A stretch of 64,000 nt of DNA from the NCBI RefSeq assembly GCF_009914755.1, contig NC_060948.1; one strand, 5' to 3'. Made by a program: the position numbers and the translations under genes. The notes under the pieces were generated by a model. It was not told the origin of the DNA. It saw only the letters and a list, made by a program, of their open reading frames with translations, and did not search any database. This document shows, piece after piece, positions 35,790 through 46,939 of this stretch. This DNA is from the human T2T-CHM13v2.0 reference genome, Homo sapiens. Positions within the stretch are counted from its first letter, which is position 1. Each line of letters starts with the position of its first letter.

Positions 35790-36380
35790 TTTCTCTCAAA
35801 TTTCATTTTAAAAAATGTCAAATGTACAGAAAATAGAGTACTTCTCTACCCATCCACTAAATTGAATGATTATGAATGTTTTACCCTACTACATTTCTGT
35901 ATGTGTGTGTGTATACACACACACACATATATACACCTGACATTTACATTTCATATCCTGAGCCATTTAAGTTGCAGGAATCTTAAAAAATTTACCCCTA
36001 AATATTTCCAGATGCATCTTCTAAGAAAGGAGACATTTTGTTATATGACCACAATGCTGTTATTACCAATTAAATAGAATTACCTAATATGATCTAGTGT
36101 CTACCCATATTTAAGTGTCCCCAGTTGTCCTCAATTTCAAAACATCTGGGATTTTTTAAGTATTCGTTTTTGGGGGCTAAGATCTAATAACATTTGCCCA
36201 TTGTATTTGGTTGTTATGTCTCTTTAGACAGTTTTAATCCAGAAAGTTTTCCAATCCTTTTGTTCTCTCATAACATTGACTTTTTGAGGAATTCAGGTCA
36301 GTTTTCTTGTAGAATGCTACATATTCGAGAACTATCTATCTTCTTGAGGTATTATATAATTTGTTTCTCTATTTCCTGAA
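35790..36380 (-). mobile_element. L1MC4/5-like 3' end
   Basis: ttgtatttggttgttatgtctctttag, gactttttgaggaattcaggtcagttttcttgtagaatg. Confidence 0.7.
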
Positions 36381-37593
36381 TTTAACTATGTATCTCTAAA
36401 TAAAGCAAAAATCAACTTCATTTTTATCACATTAAATAGAAGAAAATAAATGGTATAATAAACATTTCGAATGAAAATTATGTGACTAAAAGACTTTCTG
36501 TATATTTAAGTACATATTCATGTATGAGACGACAAGAAGATATTCTCAGGAGTGTAATATTCAAAAATAATATGAACATTGAGTTCAGAAGTCATGGCAT
36601 AAAAGGACTGCTGTAAAACTTTTCAACAAGTACTGACTTTTAAAATCTTATAAATATGTTTGCAAAGTAATGCAAAAATGAAGTAATTTATGACAGAACA
36701 CCTCTGCAGCTTAGAAAGACAAAATGGTGTGGAGAGATTCACATCATAAACATTTTTCCAGGAATCAATGCAGGAACTTAACAGGAAAACTGAAAGATAC
36801 CACACACTTTTATGAAAGAGGTGGTGGGCTGCAGCCTACACCATGAGCCAAGCTGAAAAAACATGTGGAAAAAGAAAGGAAAGTGAAGCAGTGACCTAGA
36901 CAATAGAAATTTTTTGGCCTGACCTATTTCATTAGATGATTATATTGACGTTAATAAAATGTTTTATGATAATAGTCATTTTATCTTAAATATTCTCCGT
37001 TACCGACACGCACAAACCATAAACACACATTATGGATCTGCAGTGATTACAACTTGCTGGTGAAGAATCTACATGTTTATAATATCTGTCTTAGTTATAC
37101 TTATATTGCATGCCATTATTTTGTAGAATTATTGCTACCACTATCATATAGTCTTGTTTTGGCCAAGTATGTTAATAATATGTTAATAATTGAAATAATA
37201 AATAATGTTTTTAATTTGTGTAGACTAATTTTACAAGACTTGAATCCATATCTATGCTACTATGATTATATGAAAATTAGATATATCTGCTATAATTTTT
37301 TCATAAAACTTAACTAAAGAATGTTAGCTAGGCAAGTGATATTATATACATATCACAAGGACATGTGAAAACCCATGATAAATTCATTAAAAAGCAAAAA
37401 GAAAATTATATATGTTTCATTATAATTTTAATAAAATAAGTGTTACTATAAGCTATATTAAAATCATATTTTTTGGGAACTTGCCATGAATTCTTTTATA
37501 AATGAAGTTCCATTGGAAGATGGTGTGTCATTATGTAGCCTATATTGATCACCTTTATAACTAAAGTTTTGGAGAAATTGTCTTTGTGTATAA

Positions 37594-40500
37594 TTTTTTA
37601 TTGTGGTAAAAATTGCACAACGTGAAATCTAATCCCTTAACAAATTTTTAAGTATACAGTACAGTGTTGTTAACGATATCCAGATTTCTGTACAGAAGAT
37701 TTCTTGAATTTTTCATTTTGCTTGAAGGAAACTCTATATTCATTGAATGGCAACATCCCATTTCTTCATCTCCCCACTGTCTAGCAAACATCATTTTATT
37801 TCCTCTGCTTCCATGAGTTTGATTATTTTGGTGATACGTATAAATAGAGTTGTGGAGTATTTGTCTTTCTGTGACTAGTTGATTTCACTTAGCATAATGT
37901 TCTGAAGGTTCATCTATGTTGTAGCATGTGACAGGATTTCCTTCTTTTTTAAGGATGAATTATATTTTGTTGTAGTGTATGTTACATTTTCTCTATCAGT
38001 TCGTTCATCAATGGACAGATAAGTTGTTTCCACTTCTTGGTTATTCTTAATCATGATGTAATAAACACAGAAGTACAAATATATGATATCCTGACTTCAA
38101 TTCCTTTGAATAAATATCCAGAAATAAAATTGCTGGCTCATATGGTAATTTTATTTTCAATTATTTTAGGAACTTCTATACTGTATTTCATGGTGGCTGC
38201 ACCATTTTACATTCCCATCAACATATACAAGGTTTCCAATATCTCCACTATTTATTTATTTATTTAATTTATATAATGGCCATCCTAACAGGTGTTAGGT
38301 GATATTTAATTGGGCTTTTTATTTGCATTTTCCTGATGATTTGTAAATTGGAAAAATATGATGCTGACATGACATGTGCTTTTGGCTAAGGATATGAAAA
38401 TGGAACAGAGAAGAGGGGTGCATACAGTGACCAAACCATTTTTCCCTGTGAAAATTATAATGGTAAAATGTGTGTCTTATTCAGTATACAATGTTTGATT
38501 TAAACTGCAATTATGTTGCTTTCTGACTTAGAATATGATAACCTTTTTAGATTTGTACAAATTTTTAATCTCAATCAACAGAAAATATTATTATGCCTGT
38601 CCTAAAATATATATAAACACATATGTAGATACATGATGGTCATCAAAGTCACATGCAATTATTGCATTTATGCACAAACTAAAGACATTTGCCAAGTATT
38701 AAAAGGTAATATCAAATGACACAGTACATTATGCTAAATTCTAAAACACCTTAACATAAATTGACCACATATCTTTATGCAATTTAAATTGATGAGATAA
38801 TATTTTTAATCAAGTCCAATTTTATTATTTTGCTTGTGGATAACCAGTTTTTCCAATACCATTTGTTGAAGAGACTAGTCTTTTCCCCATTGTATAGTGT
38901 TGGCAACCATGTTGAAGATTATTTAACCATATATGTGTGGGCCTATTTATAGGCTGTCTATTGTATTCATTTATACATCCACTCTTATGTTAGTGTCATA
39001 CTATTTTGATCACCATAGTGTTGTAATGTGTTTTGAAGTCAGGAAGTGTGAGATCTCCAGTTTTGTTCTTATTTATCAAGATTTCCTTGCTAGTCAAGAT
39101 TCTGTGTGCTTTCATAAAAATTTTGGATTTTTTTTGTATTTCTGTAAAACATACCGTTGAGATTTTAATAGAGATTGCATTGAATCTGTAAATCACTTTG
39201 GGTAGTATGGGCATTTCAACAGTATTTTCACTTCATGTACGTGGGATATCTTTCCATTTATTTAGGTCTTCTTTATTTCAGCAATATTTGCTAATTTTTA
39301 GTATACCAGTCTTTTGCTGTATTCCTAAGAATTTTATTCTTTTTGATGCTATCGTAAATGGGATTGCTTTTTAAATATTCTTTTCAAATTGTTTGTTCTT
39401 AGCACGCAGAAATGCAATTCATTTTTATATTGACTATCCTGTAATTTTGTTGAATTCCTTTATTCTAACAGATTTTTTGTGTGAAATCTTTAGGGTTGTT
39501 TACATATAAGACCATGTGAGGCCAGGCGTCGTGGCTGACGCCTGTAATCCCAGCACTTTGGGAAGCAGAGGCGGGTGGATCACGAGGTCAGGAGATCGAG
39601 ATTATCCTGGCTAACACGGTGAAATCCCGTCTCTACTAAAAAATACAAAAATTAGCCAGGCGTGGTGGTGTGTGCCTGTAGTCCCAGCTACTCAGGAGGC
39701 TGAGGCAAGAGAATCACTTGAACCCAGGAGGCGGAAGTTGCAGTGAGCGAGATAGCACCACTGCACTGCAGCCTGGGTGACAGAGTGAGACTCCATCTCA
39801 AACAAACAAACAAACAAAAACCATGTGAGTTATGAACAGACGTAGTTTCCTTCCAATTTTGATGCCTTTTATTTATTCTTCCTGACTAATTGTTCTGGCT
39901 AAGACTTCCAGTACTACACCGAATAGCATTGGTAAGAGTGAAGATTCTTGTATTGTTTCTGATTTTGGAGAAAAAGCTTTCAATTCTTTACTGTTGTATA
40001 TGACATTAGCCATGATCATTTCATATATGGCCTTTATTATGATGAGGTAATTTTTCTATTTCTAAATTGTTGAGTGTGTTTGTCAAAAAAGGGTGCTGAA
40101 CTTTGTCATTCTATTTTACATGTGGTGTAATTATTATGTAAATTTTATCTTTCATTCTGTTAATTTGGGTTATTACATTGATTTATTTTCGAAAGTTGAA
40201 CCATCCTTGTATCTCAAAAATAAGCCCTACTTGGTCTTGCTGTATGGTCCCTTTAACATGCTGTTAAATTTTGTTTGCTATTATTTTTTTGAAGATTTTT
40301 GCATATATATTAATCAGGGGTCTTGGTTTCTAGTTTTTTTTTTTTTTCTCTCGGTGTCTTTCTGTGACTTTGCTATGAGCATAATACTAGTCTCAGAAAA
40401 TGAGTTTGGAAGTGTTCTTTTAAATTATTTTGGAAGAGTTTGAGAATAAATAACTTTATTTTTTATGCTTTGGTAGATTGCTGAAGTGAAGCCAGTTATC

Positions 40501-41135
40501 TAGTCCTTGGCTTTTCTTTGTTAGAAGATTTGCTTCTCTTGTAGCTTTTCTTTTTCTCTTTTGCTAGCTTCCTTTGTGTTTTATTGATATTTTTTAGTGA
40601 TATGATTTTATTATTATCTTTTTGATTCTGGGAGTTAGAGATTTTCTCCTGCTGGTTTCATGCTGAGCCAGGTGAGGGACTGTAGGGAGTGGTCAAGTGC
40701 TAATCTAAATTGTCACCTTCGTCCTCATAGGTCCCCAAATTGAAGCCTTTTCTTGTCAGTGCTTATATTCTGGCAAGACAGAAGGCAGTCTCCCAGGCAG
40801 TCTTACCACCCCAAAGAAAAGGCAGAATATTTGATATATGGTTCAGTCTTCTCTTTTCTCCCCAGGAAGAAGCTAAGACCTGGGAGATTTCTCTCTATTG
40901 TACCATCACAGTGTACCGGGGAGGGACTATGGTTGGTGAATGCCACAGATTTTTTTTTACCAGCTTCTGTGTGGCTGGTTTCAAAATCATCTAGGGTACA
41001 AAAGCCTCTTTCTTAACAGGTTTTTGGGTTTCTCACAAAGGTAATTGTTTCATATATTTTCTTTGAGTCAGTATCTCCATGAGTTAGAGGGTCTGGAGCT
41101 TCCTATTTTACCACCTTGCTGACATCACCTAGTCT
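37594..41135 (-). mobile_element. L1MA9-10/L1MB with internal deletions, from 3'UTR to 5'UTR
   Basis: 3' end tttttattgtggtaaaa...aagtatacagtacagtgttgttaac. ORF2 peptide [19 protein letters not shown]. 5' terminus ggagcttcctattttaccaccttgctgacatcac. Interrupted at about 38350-38805 and by an Alu. Confidence 0.82.
39520..39816 (+). mobile_element. AluSc8/AluY-like element with (AAAC)n tail
   Basis: ggatcacgaggtcaggagatcgag...cctggctaacacggtgaaa with an S-type right arm. TSD aagaccatgtga / aaaaccatgtga. Confidence 0.95.
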
Positions 41136-41330
41136 TTCTGTACATTTTATTTTAATGGAGTTTATAGATTAAAATTGACTTCTAAAAAGTAATGTATACC
41201 ACATATGAAATAACTTACCACCTAAAATACCCTTTACAAAGAAAAATAGTAATTTAATTAGTTATCAGCAAAGCACTCCTGTTACTTAGTTGGAAATGAC
41301 TTTACATTTGGCTCTATCTTGCACTATTCA

Positions 41331-42030
41331 TGTAGTCATCCAGTGGGTTCTCCTTGCCTGCTGCCTAGAAAAAAGTCGATTTATCAAGATGGGAATTGCA
41401 ATAAAGAGTTTAATTCGTGCAGAACTGGCTATACTGGAGACCAAAATTTTATTATTACTGATGTCAGTCTCCCGAAAAACTCAGGATGGGGTTTATAAGG
41501 ATAATTTGGTGGGTAGTGGGTTGGAAAGTAGGGAGTGCTGATTGGCCGGGTCAGAGGTGAGATTATAGGTAGTCCAAGCAATACTCTTGTGTTGAGTCAG
41601 TCCCTGGGTGGGGGGCACAAGACCAGATGAGCCAGTTTATTGATCTGGGTGGTTCCAGCTAATCCATGGAGTGCAAGGTCTTCAAAATATCTCAAATACT
41701 GATATTAGGGTTTACAATAGTGATATTATCCCCAGGAGCAATTTGGGAAGGTTCAGAATCATAATTTCTAATCTTGTAGCTAATTCGTTAGGCCTGCAAA
41801 GGCAGTCCAGTCTCAAGACAGGAAAGTGATTTGTTTTGAGAAAGGGCTGTTATCATTTTTGTTTCAAAGTTAAACTATAAATTAAGTTCCTCCCAAAGTT
41901 AGTTCAGCCTACACCCACTAATAAACACAGACAGTTTGGAGGGTAGAAGCAAATAAGATGGAGTTGATTAGGTAAGATGTCTTTTGCTGTAATGATTTTC
42001 TCAGTTATAATTTTTGCAAAGGTGGTTTCA
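41331..42030 (-). mobile_element. LTR8-family solo LTR (ERV1)
   Basis: Reverse complement starts TGAAACCACCTTTGCAAAAATTATAACTGAG. Perfect 4-bp TSD ttca (41327-41330 / 42031-42034). Confidence 0.9.
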
Positions 42031-43140
42031 TTCAAAATTGCTCCTTGAATCTTGGATTAAATGTCATATCATGGGTATATTTGTTGCATTTTCAAAAGTG
42101 GATTGCTTCCTCTTTCTCTGTAATTGTGTTTCAGTTGTGATTGATTCACAATTTTAGTATATCTATGTAGAAAGCAGGTATATATGTGCATAAGCACAAA
42201 ACTTCCATCACATCCCTGGACTATGCATTATAAGTTGTTTTTTGAGTTGGCTAAATGAGAATATTTTTGCAAGAGATCAGTTTCTAGATTAAACCTATTT
42301 TATTAACAGTTAAAAAGGTGACCGTCATTTTGAAAATAATATAAACATTTTGTAGGTTAAATATTTGTTCACAGTATATGGTTGTTTTTAGTTTTAACTT
42401 AATAAGAAGACTTGGATACACTGATAGCTATAAAAATCCAGTCCTAAACTACTTGCCATAAAAATGCTATGAGCTTTAGAGTTCGGAGTTCTAGCATATT
42501 GAATAGTAAAACATTAAAGAAGATCACCTGTTCATTAAAATATGATATAATACTCTTCATCTTCTAAAGCAGAATGTGTTTTTGTTTGTGTGCTTACTTA
42601 CTAGAAAAAACAGATAAAAGAAGACTGTCACATTGCATGTAATGCCTTACTTTTAGGTTGAAAATAAGCAGAGATTTATACAATTCATTCTGTTTCCTTT
42701 TGTTGTATTTTTGAAACTTCAAGGACAATTATTATTTTTTCCTTTTCTAGCAAATAAATCCATTTCCACTGACAAATTGTAACTTTGGAGAAATGGAATA
42801 TTTTCTTCCATTTTTGAAATAAAACTTTAGTAATAATTTTGATATTCTACTTTACCTTTAATTCATAATTCATTAATTTTAAGAAAATTTGATTAAAATA
42901 ACTTTAAAATTTAATACAGGCTTGTTTTCTTGGATTTTATTTAATCAAGGCTTTTAGTTTACTGTTACTATTTTTCAGTAGTGTTTTCTTATTTTTATGA
43001 CTGTTAATGACTTATTTACGTCTTTCATTCTTTCAATGTTATTCCCTGTCGATGCCATAAATTTCTACCTATCTCTGGAAATAGCACATCCTGTCTATCC
43101 TTCAATCCCTAGACCAGATTTCTTTTTCCACTCAGCCTTC

Positions 43141-43610
43141 TGTATTGGTAGGATTTCAATTAGTCGCAACAAATAATATATCTGACAAATGCTGGTTTAA
43201 ACAAATACAAGAAATGCAGAGTGATTCAATCCAGGTAGGTTTATGGCTTATTGAAATAATCAAGGATGAAGATCTTTTCTACACTTCTACTCCGCCATCC
43301 TTACACGCATGCTTCATTATGATCGTTGCAAGATGGCTGCTTCATCTCCAGCTTATTTCTGCTTTCCAGGCAGGTGGGAGGCAGAAGGATAACGAAAAAT
43401 GAGCCAAAAAATTTAGTTTTTCAAGGCATTCCTGGGTCCATATTAATGATTTCTTCTTAGCTTTTATTAGTCAAGCTGGATGTTGTATATGATCTTACCT
43501 GCAAGTGAGTTTTGTAAGGTAAATGTTTAGCTTTCTATACTATATAGTAAAAGAAATGAAAAAGAGGAGGTTCTGAAAGTGTTTAGGTTAGCCAATTCAA
43601 ATCACCACAT
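43141..43610 (-). mobile_element. Old MLT1 (J/K/L-type) LTR
   Basis: tgtattggtagga...tggtttaaacaa...ttgcaagatggctgcttcatctccagc...ttccaggcagg. Confidence 0.65.
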
Positions 43611-43699
43611 CTTATACGTTCTTCCTGCTTGTCACATAGAAGTGGCTTTCTCTCTTTTGATTCCTACATTTGTATTATGGCAACTGTTGTAATAAAATT

Positions 43700-43945
43700 G
43701 AGTGCCATTTACTGAGTTCTTACCAAATGATAACACAGTGCTTGGGTTATCTTTAATTCACTTAATCCTAACAGGAACCATATAAATATACAGGCTTATA
43801 ATTCCTGATGCACTAATGAGAACACTAAGGGCCAGAGTGATTTAAAAGTCATTTCCAAACACTCCTAACCAGTGAATAATAGAGCTAGAATAGTTGACCA
43901 TGTTCATCTAACTCTAAACTCCATGATTTTGATAACTATAATATA
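43700..43945 (-). mobile_element. MIR
   Basis: ccatttactgagttcttacc...taatgagaacactaagggccagag. Confidence 0.6.
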
Positions 43946-44134
43946 TTACCTCCTACTCTAGCTGGATTTTTTTACATTGTATATCTGTGCCTATCTTGAC
44001 TACTATCTCTTAAAAGGTAAAACTTTGATTCATTTATTAATAGCACCATTCCAGAGTATAACCTAGTCCCAGGTAGACAATATGTATTTAGAAAATGTAA
44101 ATAGTATTTTTATCAGAAAGTGCCTTTTCCAGTT

Positions 44135-45213
44135 ATTCTGCTTGTATATTAGTGCATAGAAAAATACCCCAAAACTCAAATGTATTTTAAAACAATATTC
44201 AGTTTGTTATAGCTCACATTTTTGTGGGTAAGAAGTGTCAAAAATAATGCTGGATACTAGTTAATGTGGTAAGAACAGATTTTAATCAGTAATAACTGTT
44301 TCAATAAGGGGTATATTATAATGTGAACTTAACTCAAAATTCATTTGTGCAGAGGTGACTGGGCACTATAAAGGGACAATGAGGGAATAAGGAGGGGAAC
44401 AATGGTTGAAAAAAGTCCAGAAAATGGATATTTACAGAAAATCATGACAAAGGGATTGGTTAATGTAAAACCCATTTTGGTTTGCTAACTGGCATTTATC
44501 ACAGTTAGGCGCTTACCCTTCCATAGAGAGTGGGAGACAGGGAACCTGTCTTTAGGTGTTGGTAGGGCCAAATAGCAAATTATTTGGCAACTCTGAGCTA
44601 TTAGAAGCTATGTTAGAAGCGTTTGTTCAGCTCTCTTAGTGTGTGGGCAAAATCACCGGTACTGAAAATGTGTGTTTTTTTATAGGCCAAGGTTGAGTAA
44701 GGCCTTGTTGAAGAGAGACCTTAGAGGATTCTGACTAGAGTTTGGTCTAGAAAAGTGTCTTTGTCAGGAATTAAAGCAAAAATAAGTTGGATAATTCTTC
44801 TGTTGAATATGATGTCTACTGAGTTCATTTAGTGGTATTCAACTGACAGATGGACTGGTATAGAATGTCCAGTATAGCTTCACCCACATGCCTAATATTT
44901 TGGCACAGATGGTTGAAAGGCAACACTCAGCTGCAACTGTTGACCATTGTGCCTATATGTGACAGGCACAGTATGGAGGTATTGGATAGCCGTATATTTT
45001 ACTTGATGGCTCAGGTCTCCCAGAGAGAATGATACCAGATACAGAAAATGAAACCTGACAGTATCTTAAGACTTGAACCTAGTTACTGGCCCAGAATCAC
45101 TTCCACCATGTATTATTGTCAGATCAGTTTTAGAACTCACCCACATTCAAGGAAAAAGGACATAGACCCCACCTCCTTGTGGGAACAGTATGGCCACTTT
45201 TAATTTGTTGCAC
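44135..45213 (-). mobile_element. MLT1 (G/H-type) LTR split by a nested LTR
   Basis: ataccccaaaactc...tagctcacatttttgtgggt, resuming at 44767 ggaatt...cacttccaccatg...acatagaccccacctc. Confidence 0.75.
44236..44766 (-). mobile_element. MER67/MER31-group solo LTR (ERV1)
   Basis: tgtca...tgtca termini. Reverse complement starts TGACAAAGACACTTTTCTAGACCAAACTCTAGTCAG. Confidence 0.8.
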
Positions 45214-46529
45214 TAGTATTGGAAACTTTCAAATATATTTCATGGGGTGAAAGCAGCAAAGTAGTATATTTTGTCTTGTTATTGTGTGTATCTTTTTTGA
45301 AAAGGCCTTTCTGTCTACTTCATTGAATTCTAAAAGTTCATACTTTATAAAAGATTCAATGGCTAAAATATATGTTACACACTCAGGATTAAATTATTTA
45401 AATGTTCTATTTGACCGTTGGTCATGTTTGAAATAAGATAAAATTATCAGTGATTTATAAATGACCTCATATTGCATATGAATGTATCAATAATGTATAA
45501 ACATCAAACTTTATAATTATTATAATATATTATAATTTATTATATTTATTTATAATTATAATTTATAATGTATTAGGGTAAGATACATTATATTTAGAAG
45601 GAAATACATGTTTCTCTAAAAAAATTTTTCTTAGTTCCCACTGACTGCATAAATGAAATTGTGATGTTTGATTACAAACCCAAATACCACTTAGCAATCA
45701 AACTTAGTTTTCTATTCAGGGAGTGCAACATATTCAGCTTGTCCCCTTGAAAATCATAATTCTACCAGGTTTACAAAGTTAATAAAGAGTGAGCATCTTG
45801 ATTTGTTGGCAAATTAGTAGTGAGAGCCCATTTTATGAAAAAGTTACCTTTAATCAACATGAATAAATTAGAAATAACCTTAAATAGTTTCAACATCAAA
45901 TTTGCTCAAGTGGTAAAAAGAGTTACTGGATTTTTAAACATTAGAATATGTATTCTCATTACTTATATGGCAGCACTTAAGCAGTAATCTCCAAGATATT
46001 TTTAAAAGTTTCGTTACCATTTTTTAAGGAGGATTCACAGAAAGAAACAAACCAAGATTGAATAGAATGTTACTTAGTAAATATGTTGTCTAAGTAAAAA
46101 CTACATGCTATTATCCCTTAATGGAAGACACTGGGTTAAAACCTGAAAATAAATATTATCAATGCTGGGCCAGGTACAAGTGCATAGAAATTAATAAAAT
46201 CACAATTAAACTTTCCTGATCCTTTAAGTAACACTCATATTTAGCAAAAAAGATTATTATCAACAAAGAAGATTAAACAAATTTTATGCTTTTGTTGGAA
46301 CTAACTCTTCATAGATAAGACATTTTTGTGCTTATTATAAATTTACATTTGATTGTGTAATTGAATGTTCTTCAAAGAGTTACTTATGGTTTTTACTCAT
46401 TTCAACTTGCACCAGTGCCAATAAAAATTTTAGAAAAAAAGCCTCACTCAAGATCTATAAGCTTTAATTGATCATATACTTCAATGTTAGGCACATTTTT
46501 CATTGGTCTAGACAAAATCTGTCTCGTTT

Positions 46530-46810
46530 TTCATTCATTTATTTATTCATTTCATTTTAACATTGATATTCGTGTTTATTCTCCCTTGCATAGTAACCAC
46601 TCTAACGTGTTAATTTTGTAAATTTTTTGTATATGAACTTTCAAATGGATATCAATTTTGTGTCAACATATTTTTAATTTATGAACATTGGATTATATTA
46701 TAGATTTTTTCCTGTGTATTACTTTTGTTAGTTCACACTATGCCTTTAAATGCCATTCATCTTGCAATGTATACATCTAATTCATTGCTTATAACTGCAG
46801 CATAGTAGAT
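46530..46810 (-). mobile_element. L1ME 3' fragment
   Basis: gtaaccactctaa...attcatcttgcaatgtatacatctaattcattgcttataactgcagcatagta. Confidence 0.55.
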
Positions 46811-46939
46811 GTGAAAGCTATTCAACTACCAATGTGGTCCACTTTTTCTGAAGTACCCAATTCGAGTGGGCAAAAAAGGATACCCTAGAGAGTAGAGTCA
46901 AGAGCTACAGGGAACAAAACACTGAGTATTCACTTATAG

